Source of the DNA: Thermoplasmatota archaeon
Lineage (GTDB): Archaea; Thermoplasmatota; SW-10-69-26; JACQPN01; JAJPHT01
DNA length: 35,863 nucleotides
Direction of reading: 5' to 3'
Assembly: GCA_041599855.1 (NCBI GenBank)
Contig: JBFILE010000001.1
Location: 1 to 35,863 of the forward strand
Shown: in pieces, positions 1-7,953 of the stretch
How the letters are laid out: the number at the start of each line of letters is the position of its first letter
Numbering within the stretch: position 1 is the stretch's first letter
Program-made: the position numbers and the translations under genes
Notes under the pieces: generated by a model
What the model was told of the DNA's origin: nothing
The model's database searches: none
The model's input: only the letters and a program-made list of their open reading frames with translations

Positions 1-34
1 CGCGTGCGCGCGAAGCGCGCCGCGTCGGGGGCGG

Positions 35-76
35 GTGGCGGGCGTACACAGCCCGCCCACGTCCCGCCAAATAAAT
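35..76 (-). terminator. Possible terminator region after scpB: T-rich tract plus imperfect GC hairpin
   Basis: On the minus strand, ATTTATTT (plus-strand 69-76 = AAATAAAT) lies 16-23 nt after the scpB stop (92-94). It is followed by an imperfect inverted repeat, TGGCGGGC...GCCCGCC(C)A. Oligo-T tracts are the usual archaeal termination signal and are rare in this GC-rich window. Confidence 0.25.
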
Positions 77-91
77 GCGTCCGGTAGCTCG

Positions 92-1093
92 TCATTCCTC
101 AGCGTCCGCAACGGGCCGCGCGGATTCACCCGTGGCGGTTTCGGCGGATCCAGTGCCCGCGTTCCGGACCGGCACCGGCGCGCCACCCACCCCTTTGGAT
201 GCTGACGCAACGTCCGCATCCGACGCATCCACGGCACCGGTAACGCCTGCCGCGTCCTCGTCCGCGGAGTCATCGCCGGCCGCATCCTCGTCGACCGCGT
301 CTTCCGCCGCGTCGTCGTCCTCAGCCGACACCACCTCGGCGGCCGGCGTCGTCAACTTCCGGTTCCCCTTCCCGTCCGTGTCCGGAATCCTCAGCCCGAC
401 CTTCCGCGCGAGATACTGCTTGATCTCCTCCCGGTCGGTCGCTGCGATGCCGAAGTACTCGGGGAACCGCTCCGTGGTGACGAGCATGTAGCTGCGCTCG
501 TGGGCGCGCTTGCGGATGAGGCCGAGGGCCACGAGTTCCTTCACGTGATCGTACACCTTCGCGCCCACCATCTCCATGAGGTCACTCTGGAGGAGCGGCT
601 GGTGGTATGCGATGAGAGCCAGGGTCTTGATCGTCTTGATGGAGACTTCCATGGGCGCGAGCTTCGTGGTGCGCGGCGCATACAGCGCCCGCACCTGCAT
701 GGCCCAGCGGGCGCCGGCCTTGCCGACTTCGAGGCTGGAATCGATCTCCTTGTAGTACGCCGCGAGCTTCTCGAGGGCCGTGCGCACCTGCCGCTTCGGG
801 ACCCCCGTGTTCTCGGCAATCTCTTCGACGCTCAGGGGTTTCCCGGCGCTGAAGAGCGCGGCTTCCATGATGAGGTGGGTCGCAAGACGCGAATCGGGCT
901 TGGGTGCGGGCGGCTCGATCACGACCTTTGCATCGTCCGGGATCCGGGCCTTGCCGGTGGCCACGACCTTGGCGAGGCCGTCGAGGGGGTCAGCTTCCGG
1001 GCCGGTGGCGGTTCCGGCAGCGGTGACGGCACCTGCACCGGTGGTCGCTTCTTCGTCCGATGTCGGTTTGCGGGGGGGAGCGGGCATGGCCAT
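92..1093 (-). CDS. scpB: Segregation and condensation protein B (ScpB), with acidic N- and C-terminal extensions
   Basis: Core winged-helix region is ScpB-like: EAALFSAGKPLSVEEIAENTGVP...LEVGKAGARWAMQV...IKTLALIAYHQPLLQSDLMEMVG...LVALGLIRK. Start is 6 nt after the scpA stop. It is the last gene of an smc-scpA-scpB operon. Confidence 0.85.
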   Translation of the reverse strand: MAMPAPPRKPTSDEEATTGAGAVTAAGTATGPEADPLDGLAKVVATGKARIPDDAKVVIEPPAPKPDSRLATHLIMEAALFSAGKPLSVEEIAENTGVPKRQVRTALEKLAAYYKEIDSSLEVGKAGARWAMQVRALYAPRTTKLAPMEVSIKTIKTLALIAYHQPLLQSDLMEMVGAKVYDHVKELVALGLIRKRAHERSYMLVTTERFPEYFGIAATDREEIKQYLARKVGLRIPDTDGKGNRKLTTPAAEVVSAEDDDAAEDAVDEDAAGDDSADEDAAGVTGAVDASDADVASASKGVGGAPVPVRNAGTGSAETATGESARPVADAEE

Positions 1094-1099
1094 GGTTCC

Positions 1100-2344
1100 T
1101 CACTCCGGCGACCAGGATTCAAGGGTTCGCGTCGGCGCGTCGGCGCGTTTGCGTTTCCCTGCGGTCGCGGTGGATTTGCCGGGCTTGCGGGCCGGCGCCG
1201 CGGATGGCCCCACGGCCCTGGCGGGTTGCGCCGCGCCGAGGGTCGCCTGCGTAGACGCCACGTCGGCCTCGGGAGCCGGGGCGCGCGGCTTTGCATGGGC
1301 AGCAGCGGAATCCGGGTCGGGACCGACGCCTGGTCCGTCAGCGTCCGGCGATCGGGGCGCGGCGTCGCCTTCGGGGACCGTTGCGTCCGGGCTGTCCCCG
1401 GTGGAGGGCGTTGCGTCGGTCGCCGTGTCGGAATCCGTGCCGTCCTCACCTTCGCCGTCCCCGTCCGATGCCCCCTCCACAGGGTCCGCGGGGGTCACGT
1501 TCTTCACGTAGATGGTGCCGAACGGGAAGTCCTCCTGGCTCACGTGGACCTTGCCGCCGCGGGCGAGGAACAGGACGGCAACGAGGCTCTTCACGAGGTC
1601 GTCGCGCGTCCCGGTGTGAATGCTGGCCAGCGGAATCGGAGCACCGTTGAATCGCCGGATGCGCTTCCACACCTCGACGTTGTCCGCGTCCTGGTCCTCC
1701 TGATGGGCACTGCCCTGCGCGCGGCCTTCCCGGATGCGCTTCCTGCGCTCCTTCTCGATGATGCGCTTCGAGCTGATCTCGGCGCGCAACTCGGCTTCCG
1801 CACGGGCCTCTTCGAGGGCCTGCACGAGTTCGAGGAGGGTGACGCGGCGGTTTCCGCGGTGCCGGATCTTCTCATCGAGGATGGACTCGGGCTGCTCTTC
1901 CTTGAGGACGTTCACCGTGTACTCGTAGTCCACGTCCTCGGTGAGCCATGCGGCATCGTCGATGTCGTCCCATCCGGCTTCCTCGAACTCGGGTTCCGGC
2001 GGCGGCTCCGACTTCAACCGGAGGTCGTCCGATTGCATCCGGCATATGCGCCACGCCATGAGGAGGAGGCGCCCGGCCGTGATGAGGTCCACTTCCGGCG
2101 CGTCCTTGAGGCGGCGCGCGTACAGGGTCGCGAACTGGACGAGGTCCAGGTCCCACGGGTTCAGGTGCTCTTCGAGGACGAGTTCGAAGGCGAGGGCGAT
2201 GGCGCGTTCGAACGGGTCCTCGATGGACACGTACTCGCCTTCCCCGCGCTCCTTGAGGATGCGGATGTAGTCGTTGAGGCGGTCCCCGCCCTCGTCCTCG
2301 CTCAGGATGCTCTTGTGGAAGAGCAGGTGGTTCAGGACCTGCAC
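1100..2344 (-). CDS. scpA: Segregation and condensation protein A (ScpA, kleisin), with a ~130-aa Asp/Pro/Ala-rich C-terminal tail
   Basis: GTG start at 2344. The N-terminal kleisin region (FERAIALAFELVLEEHLNPWDLDLVQFATLYARRL...DLITAGRLLLMAWRI) matches the ScpA pattern (FEGPLDLLL..I...IDI.DI.I..IT.QY). The gene sits between smc and scpB. Confidence 0.8.
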   Translation of the reverse strand: MQVLNHLLFHKSILSEDEGGDRLNDYIRILKERGEGEYVSIEDPFERAIALAFELVLEEHLNPWDLDLVQFATLYARRLKDAPEVDLITAGRLLLMAWRICRMQSDDLRLKSEPPPEPEFEEAGWDDIDDAAWLTEDVDYEYTVNVLKEEQPESILDEKIRHRGNRRVTLLELVQALEEARAEAELRAEISSKRIIEKERRKRIREGRAQGSAHQEDQDADNVEVWKRIRRFNGAPIPLASIHTGTRDDLVKSLVAVLFLARGGKVHVSQEDFPFGTIYVKNVTPADPVEGASDGDGEGEDGTDSDTATDATPSTGDSPDATVPEGDAAPRSPDADGPGVGPDPDSAAAHAKPRAPAPEADVASTQATLGAAQPARAVGPSAAPARKPGKSTATAGKRKRADAPTRTLESWSPE

Positions 2345-2477
2345 CTCGTTCGTGAATTCCGCTGCGGCTACAGGGATCCCTCCGGGAGGTGGGTCGTCGA
2401 AGGACTCGACGAGGGGTGGATGACGACGGCGCCCGCTTCGGGACCCGTGCGGTTCGTGGGCAGGCTGTCAGGACGCA

Positions 2478-5400
2478 TCAATGGGTACCCCCGTTGGGAA
2501 TGGGCGCCACTTCGGGCGCCGCCTTCGGTTCGCGGACCTCGACTTCGCGGCTGCCGGCGTCGCCATCGTCGCCGTCATCGCTGTCGTCGCCGTCGCCGTC
2601 GCCGTTGCCGTGGTCGCCTTCATCAAGGTCATCGCCACCGTCACGGCGCTTACCTTCACGGCGGCCGTCGCGGTCGGCCCCTTGGCGCGCAGCGGACACC
2701 TTGCCGGGTTCGCCGTCGCCGCCCTCGTCCTTTGGCGCGCCCTGGTCGGCGTCCGGAATCTCGGAAAGGTGGACTTCCCCGACAACCTCGGAGAGGCCGC
2801 CCTCGTTCATGGTGACGCCGTACACGTGGCTCGCCTCCTTGAGGGTGACCTTGCGGAGGGACACCATGATGACCTGGCTTGTGCGCGAGTTCGCCTTCAC
2901 CATGCGCGCAAGGAGTTCGGAGTTGATGCCGTCGAGGTTCTGGTCCACCTCGTCGAGGTAATAGAAGGGACTGGGGGTGAATTCCTGGATGGCGAAGATG
3001 AACGCCATCGAGGTCAGGCTCTTCTCGCCGCCGCTCAAGGCTTCGAGGCGCGTGACCTTCTTGCCCTTCGGCTGGGAGCGGAGAATCAGGCCGCCCTCGA
3101 ACGGATCGTCCGGGTGCTCGAGTTCAAGGCGCGCCTTGCCGCCGTCGGACAGGCGCGCGAACACGGATTGGAAGTGCTCGTTGATCTCCTCGAAGACCTT
3201 GAAGAAGCCCTCCTTCTTGCGGTCGGTGAGGGCGTCCACGAGTTCGATGAGGTTCTCGCGCTCCCCGTTCAACCGCTCGACCTCCGTGGAAAGCTGCGTC
3301 TTGCGGCTCACCTGATCGTCGTACTGCTCAAGGGCGAGGAGATTCACGTCACCGATGCGGGCGATCTCGTTGTCGAGGCGACGGATCTCGCCGCGGAGGG
3401 CTTCCTGCGTCTCCTCGACCACGTCGGGCGCGGGGACGGGGGCGGCATCGAGTTCCGCCTGCACCTCCTTCAACGCGTCCTCGAGGCCCGGGATCTTCAT
3501 CTTCAGCTGGAGGCCGAGGTCGCGGGTGGTCTCGATCTTGTCCTCCACCTTCGAGGCCTTGTTCTGGAGTTGGCTCTTCGCCTCGTACGCGGTGTCGCGC
3601 TCCTTGTGGAGGCCCCGCATCTCCTCGTTCTGCTCGGCCTCGACCTTGAGGAAGACCTCGAGCTGCTCGTTGGCCTTCGCGATCTCCTTCGCAGATTCCT
3701 TCATCCGCTCATCGTGTTCACCGCGGGCGTCCGCGAGGCGCTTCAACGTGGCCTCGATCTCGGCGCGCCGCTCCGCAACAAGCGCGATCGCATGGTCCTT
3801 CGTTTCGAGTTGGGAGTCAGCATCGCGTACGGATTCCCTGAGCTCCGAGACCTTCGCCTCCGTGCGCGTGAGGTCCTCGGCTGTGGCCCGATCGGTGGAC
3901 GAGAGGAGGATCGTGTTCTTCTCCTTGCGCTCGGCTTCGAAGGTTTCGAGGGTTGTGGTCAGGACGGAGCGACGACCCACGATCTCCTGAAGGACGGACT
4001 CCGCCTTCGTGAACTCCTCGTTCACCCGCGCAAGGTCCTTGGACACGACTTCGAGACGCGCATGAGCCTCCCGCTTCCGGTTCTCAAGGGCCTTCACGCG
4101 GTCGCCCTTGGAGGTGGCGTCCTGCGATCGGGTCCGGATCTCGCCATCAAGGGCTTCGATGGTGGCACGCACCTGCGCGAGTTCGCCCGCGAGGATCTCC
4201 TGATGCTCGACGGCGGCCCGCAGGCGCTTCGCGACGCGGTCCAGTTCCTCGCGCGTTGCACCCGCACCGAACTTGAGCTTCTCGCGGCGGGCGTCGTGGC
4301 CGCCCGTCATGGCGCCGCCGGCGTCGATGACGTCGCCGTCGAGGGTGACCATGCGCACCCCGCCCATGAGGCGGCGCGCATTCGTGAGGTCCCGCATGAT
4401 CACGGTGTCGCGGAACACGTACCAGAACGCGGGCTTGTACCGGTCCTCGTACTGGATGAGGTCGATGGCGAACCCTTCGGCCGCGTTGTCGCGAACGGCC
4501 ATGAGGGGGCGACCCGCAGGGCGGCCCGGCGTCATGCGGGAAAGGGGCAGGAACGTGGCCCGGCCGAGCTTCTTCGCCTTCAGGTAATCGATGGCTGCGG
4601 CGGCGTCCGCATCAGTCTCGGTTACGATGGCCTGCATGCGGCCCCCGGCGGCGACCTCCATGGCGGTGCCGTACTTGTCATCCACCTTCGCGAGTTCCGC
4701 GATGGTGCCGATGACCCCCGGCAGTTCGCCCTGGTCCCGCGCGGTCATGACGGCGTCCACGGCCCGCGTGTAGCCGCGCGCCGCGTTCTCGGCCGCATCG
4801 TGATCGGTCTTGAGCTGCTGGTAATCGTTCCGGAGACGGCGAACGGCGGTTTCGAGGTCCCGGAGTTCCGCCGTGACCTCGCTCTCGCGCTTCTTGTTCG
4901 CGAAGAGGTCCTTCTTCATGCGCTCAAGGTCCGTCTGGGACCCCTGGGATTCCCCGGTCAATTCCTTGAGTTCCCATTCCGCGTCCTTGAGCTCGAATGC
5001 CGCAGTCTGCTTCTTCTCCTCAAGGTCCGCGACCGCGGTGCGCGCGTGGTCCCGCTTCTCGGCGAGGCGGTCCTCCTCCAGTTTCGCCGCGTGGATCTCC
5101 TCCTGCGCGGCGTCGTACTTCTGCTTGAGCTTCGCGAGCTCCTGCTTCATCTCCGCGGCCTTGCCCTGGCCTTCGCCGATGCGGTTGCGGAGGGCGTCAA
5201 GGTGCGCGGCGGCCGTGGTCCGTTCGGCACTCGCGGTCTTCTGCCGCTCCGCGATGCCGTCCCGCTCCCTGCGGATCTTCGCCTCGTCCTTGTCGAGGCG
5301 CTTCAACGCCTCCTGGACCTCGGCACGCTCGGCCTTGATGTCGCCGAGTTCCTGCTTCGCGTAGTTGAGGCGCTCCGTGGCCCGCACCTGCTGGGCCTTG

Positions 5401-6320
5401 AGCGCGTCGATCTGGATCTTGAGCTCGCGGGCCTCTTCCCCGCCGCGTTCGGCGATCTCGGACTCGACCTTCTTCAGCGCATCGTCCGCCTTCACGATGT
5501 CCTCGCGGAGGACACCAAGGGCCTTCTCGAGATCCGCGATCTCGGTGACGTTCCGCGTCATCTGGCGGTTCACGCTGTCGATCTCGCCCGTGATCGCATC
5601 CGCGCGCCGGCGGGCCAGCTTGACCTTCGCGAGGTCCAACTGGTCGCGGGCGTCCTTGAAGCGGAGGGCCGCGGCCCGTTCCCGTTCGAGCTTCTTGATC
5701 TGCGCGTCGATCTCGTCGAGGATGATGCCGATGCGTTCCAGGTTCGCCTCTACCTGGGCGCGCTCCTCGTTCGCCTTCGTGATGTCCGCGTCGAACTTGG
5801 TGATCCCCGCGATGTCGTCGAGGATGCGGCGACGTTCGAGCGGGCTCATCTCGACGATGCGGGTGACGTCGCCCTGACGGACGATGTTGTAGCCGTCGGC
5901 GCTGATGCGCGAGTGGGCGAGAAGGCTGTCGAACTCGGTGAGGCTGGAGGCCCGGCCGTTCACGTAGAAATGGGAATAATAGTTGTCCTTGTTGTTCTTC
6001 GCGAGCTTCACGTGACGCATGAGCGTCACCTCGTCCGTGTCCACCGGGATGACCCGGTCCACGTTGTCGAAGACGAGGCTCACGCGGCAATGGTCCGCGG
6101 GCTTGCGTTCCTTGCCGCCGTTGAAGATGAGGTCGGTGAGCCGCCCGGCGCGGATCGCCTTGTTGGACTTGGGCCCGAGGACGAAAAGGATCGCGTCACC
6201 GATGTTGCTTTTCCCGGAACCGTTGGGGCCCGTGATCGCAGTGAAGCCATCCAGAAAGGGGATGGTGAGCTTTCGTCCGAAGCTCTTGAAATTCTCGACC
6301 TCGACCCGCTTCAGGTGCAC
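2478..6320 (-). CDS. smc: Chromosome segregation ATPase SMC (1280 aa), with an acidic Asp/Gly-rich C-terminal tail
   Basis: Walker A FTAITGPNGSGKSNIGDAILFVLG, long coiled coils, hinge region (GVIGTIAELAKVDDKYGTAMEVAAGG), signature LSGGEKSLT, Walker B FYYLDEVDQNLD. I place the start at GTG 6320 (VHLKRVEVENFKSF), preceded by GGAGG 9 nt upstream. The ORF-track extension to 7091 is non-coding repeat sequence. Confidence 0.9.
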   Translation of the reverse strand: MHLKRVEVENFKSFGRKLTIPFLDGFTAITGPNGSGKSNIGDAILFVLGPKSNKAIRAGRLTDLIFNGGKERKPADHCRVSLVFDNVDRVIPVDTDEVTLMRHVKLAKNNKDNYYSHFYVNGRASSLTEFDSLLAHSRISADGYNIVRQGDVTRIVEMSPLERRRILDDIAGITKFDADITKANEERAQVEANLERIGIILDEIDAQIKKLERERAAALRFKDARDQLDLAKVKLARRRADAITGEIDSVNRQMTRNVTEIADLEKALGVLREDIVKADDALKKVESEIAERGGEEARELKIQIDALKAQQVRATERLNYAKQELGDIKAERAEVQEALKRLDKDEAKIRRERDGIAERQKTASAERTTAAAHLDALRNRIGEGQGKAAEMKQELAKLKQKYDAAQEEIHAAKLEEDRLAEKRDHARTAVADLEEKKQTAAFELKDAEWELKELTGESQGSQTDLERMKKDLFANKKRESEVTAELRDLETAVRRLRNDYQQLKTDHDAAENAARGYTRAVDAVMTARDQGELPGVIGTIAELAKVDDKYGTAMEVAAGGRMQAIVTETDADAAAAIDYLKAKKLGRATFLPLSRMTPGRPAGRPLMAVRDNAAEGFAIDLIQYEDRYKPAFWYVFRDTVIMRDLTNARRLMGGVRMVTLDGDVIDAGGAMTGGHDARREKLKFGAGATREELDRVAKRLRAAVEHQEILAGELAQVRATIEALDGEIRTRSQDATSKGDRVKALENRKREAHARLEVVSKDLARVNEEFTKAESVLQEIVGRRSVLTTTLETFEAERKEKNTILLSSTDRATAEDLTRTEAKVSELRESVRDADSQLETKDHAIALVAERRAEIEATLKRLADARGEHDERMKESAKEIAKANEQLEVFLKVEAEQNEEMRGLHKERDTAYEAKSQLQNKASKVEDKIETTRDLGLQLKMKIPGLEDALKEVQAELDAAPVPAPDVVEETQEALRGEIRRLDNEIARIGDVNLLALEQYDDQVSRKTQLSTEVERLNGERENLIELVDALTDRKKEGFFKVFEEINEHFQSVFARLSDGGKARLELEHPDDPFEGGLILRSQPKGKKVTRLEALSGGEKSLTSMAFIFAIQEFTPSPFYYLDEVDQNLDGINSELLARMVKANSRTSQVIMVSLRKVTLKEASHVYGVTMNEGGLSEVVGEVHLSEIPDADQGAPKDEGGDGEPGKVSAARQGADRDGRREGKRRDGGDDLDEGDHGNGDGDGDDSDDGDDGDAGSREVEVREPKAAPEVAPIPNGGTH

Positions 6321-6417
6321 GGGGGCAATCCTCCGGAGTGAAGGGAATGCCCGCAGCCACGCGCGTCCGCGTGCCGGTCGGCCGTCCTTGGCGCGGTGCG
6401 CCATGCGGCCACATGAT

Positions 6418-6435
6418 TTCCTGTGGAACCACAGG
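6418..6435. other. Degenerate ORB-like element inside an inverted repeat
   Basis: TTCCTGTGGAACC (6418-6430) resembles the TTCCAGTGGAAAC copy at 6586. CCTGTGG-AA-CCACAGG (6420-6435) is a 7-bp inverted repeat with a 2-nt spacer. Confidence 0.25.
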
Positions 6436-6516
6436 TAACCCATCCGGAGGCCTGGGGCACGCTCAGGCGAACGTGCCGTTCGGCATTCCCATCCATCCAC
6501 ACAATCCGGCTCGTGG

Positions 6517-6527
6517 CATATAAGGGA
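6517..6527 (+). promoter_or_regulatory. TATA-box-like element (CATATAAGGGA) pointing rightward into the repeat region
   Basis: It has the same 'A/T-rich hexamer followed by GGGA' layout as the elements upstream of the pilus-cluster genes at 13967, 22556 and 25994. It is one of very few A/T-rich spots in this intergenic region. Confidence 0.3.
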
Positions 6528-6540
6528 TACCGTTCGACGC

Positions 6541-6660
6541 GGGGCTTTCGGGGGCTTCGCCAAGACGGGGCGGGGGAAATCGGGGTTCCAGTGGAAACGG
6601 AGCTTGTGCGGTTCCATGTGTGGGGCGGGGTGCGGGGGGCCACTTGGCTCGGTGGCGGGG
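6541..6660 (+). repeat. Cluster of G4-G6 runs on the plus strand (candidate G-strings or G-quadruplex-forming tract)
   Basis: At least nine runs of four or more G within 120 nt. Examples: GGGGCGGGGGAAATCGGGG (6567-6585) and GGGGCGGGGTGCGGGGGG (6622-6639). Confidence 0.6.
6586..6598. promoter_or_regulatory. ORB-like dyad TTCCAGTGGAAAC (candidate Orc1/Cdc6 origin recognition box)
   Basis: Exact TTCCAGTGGAAAC, preceded by GGGG and followed by GGAG. From memory this matches the dyad core of archaeal ORB/mini-ORB elements. A weaker copy, TTCCATGTGTGGGG, lies at 6612-6625. Confidence 0.3.
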
Positions 6661-6675
6661 CATCCGTTGCCATGG

Positions 6676-6795
6676 CCCACGAATGCGGAGCTTCGGTTGC
6701 ATCGACCCACGAATGCGGAGCTCCTGTTGGCTCGACCCACGAATGCGGAGCTCCGGTTGGCTCGACCCACGAATTCGGGGGCCCGGTTCATTGAA
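6676..6795. repeat. Four head-to-tail 30-bp tandem repeats (fourth copy degenerate)
   Basis: R1 6676-6705 cccacgaatgcggagcttcggttgcatcga. R2 6706-6735 cccacgaatgcggagctcctgttggctcga. R3 6736-6765 cccacgaatgcggagctccggttggctcga. R4 6766-6795 cccacgaattcgggggcccggttcattgaa. R2 and R3 contain the palindrome GGAGCTCC. CCGGTTGG recurs at 6828-6835. Confidence 0.9.
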
Positions 6796-6923
6796 TCAGG
6801 AGTACCGGGCTTGGCATGGGAATGAATCCGGTTGGTTGGTTCCGCGACCATTTCACACAGAGTGCACAGAGACACTGAGAGCACAGAGACGGATGAAGAA
6901 ATCATGAAGGCCGGAGGCGGGCG

Positions 6924-6934
6924 CCCCCCCCCCC
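6924..6934. repeat. Homopolymeric C11 tract
   Basis: gcg-CCCCCCCCCCC-atg, ending 93 nt upstream of the DUF599 gene start. It is the longest homopolymer I saw in the window. Confidence 0.9.
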
Positions 6935-7026
6935 ATGCCCGCGGCAGCATCCGCCGACCCACCCCCATTCCTACGGACCCTCGGAGTCGCGAGCCGTCGA
7001 GTCGCCGGGTCCGACCCACGCAATTT

Positions 7027-7752
7027 ATGTCCCCCGCCCGGACTCCCCTAACCCAAGTGGCCCTTCCCCCGCTGAGTGTCTGGGACGTCATCGGACTGAT
7101 CCTGTTGCTCTCATTCAGCTTCGGCTACCACATTGCGTACCACATGTACAGCCACTATCATCCCCTCGCCACGGTGAAGGGGAAGATCCACCTGTACCGG
7201 CGGACGTGGGTGAAGCGGATCCTGGATCGGCGGGACTACATCGTCGGGGTCCAGGCCATCCGGAACCTGATCATGACCGCGAACCTGATGGCCACGAGTG
7301 CCATCCTCGTGATCGGTGTCATCCTCAACATCATCGTCACCGGGGACCTGAACCAGACGTTCCACCCCACGGGGGAACCGGACCCCATCATCTTCTGGAA
7401 ATTCGTGGCCCTGACCGTGACGTTCGCGTTCAGCTTCTTCAGCTTCCTGATCAGTGTGCGGTACCTGAACCAGCTCACGATCCTGATCGCGGCGGACACG
7501 GACCTCATCGAGCACGTGGAAGGTGTGGATGGGATCACGTACCTCACCATGATGCTGAACCGCGCGACGAACCGGTACACGTACGGGCAGCGCGGATACT
7601 ACTTCGCCATCGCCGTCGTGGCCTGGATCTTCAGTGACGTGGCATTCGTCCTCGCCACCCTGTTCATCGGCATCTTCCTCGTCGGCGTCCTCGACTTCCA
7701 GCAGTGGCGGCCGCCGAAGGCGCTTCGCAAGGAAGCGAAGGACCTGGTGTGA
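7027..7752 (+). CDS. DUF599-family integral membrane protein
   Basis: GLILLLSFSFGYHIAYHMY...LYRRTWVKRIL...VGVQAIRNLIMTANLMATSAILVIGVIL matches the DUF599 pattern (GYH..., R..W, vQ.lRN.iM...AstAIl). Start chosen at ATG 7027, just before the first TM helix. The ORF-track start at 6832 adds a Pro/Arg-rich non-coding-looking extension. Confidence 0.7.
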   Translation: MSPARTPLTQVALPPLSVWDVIGLILLLSFSFGYHIAYHMYSHYHPLATVKGKIHLYRRTWVKRILDRRDYIVGVQAIRNLIMTANLMATSAILVIGVILNIIVTGDLNQTFHPTGEPDPIIFWKFVALTVTFAFSFFSFLISVRYLNQLTILIAADTDLIEHVEGVDGITYLTMMLNRATNRYTYGQRGYYFAIAVVAWIFSDVAFVLATLFIGIFLVGVLDFQQWRPPKALRKEAKDLV

Positions 7753-7953
7753 AACGGCAAGGCCGGGGCAAATGCCCCCCGCGGCGTGACCGCCCCACCG
7801 ATTCTGCCGCCCCCACCACTCGGTAGCCATGGAGGCCGGAGGTGGCGCGATCCGCCCGCGACCCCGCGACCGTAGCTTCGGCACGGCAGATCGGTCGACC
7901 CATGAACCAGCTCCTTCAATCCCGCCAACCACCCGACCCATGGACCCCGGCGG

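Noticed and set aside
2481-6341. 1286-aa ORF antisense to smc; similarly 500-2815 (+) antisense to scpA/scpB.
   Set aside because: These are typical high-GC shadow ORFs. They are Leu/Arg/Gly/Val/Asp-rich with no recognisable motifs, and they fully overlap genes with unambiguous family signatures.
6325-6360. SRP (7S/4.5S) RNA-like motif: CCUCCGGAGUGAAGGGAAUGCCCGCAGCCAC vaguely recalls GGUCCGGAAGGAAGCAGCC.
   Set aside because: The resemblance is only partial. The segment overlaps the smc ribosome-binding region on the opposite strand, and I could not build the flanking helices of an SRP RNA.
6676-6795. Possible CRISPR array.
   Set aside because: The 30-bp units are directly adjacent with no unique spacers. 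There are only four copies, one of them decayed, and no cas genes or leader-like context.
6321-7091. N-terminal 257-codon extension of the SMC ORF (ORF track 2478-7091).
   Set aside because: SMC family proteins begin right at the ...L.L.NFKSF / Walker A segment. A GTG with GGAGG 9 nt upstream sits exactly there (6320). The extension is Pro/Arg/Gly-rich and merely translates the 30-bp tandem DNA repeats (AFVGRANRSS x3).
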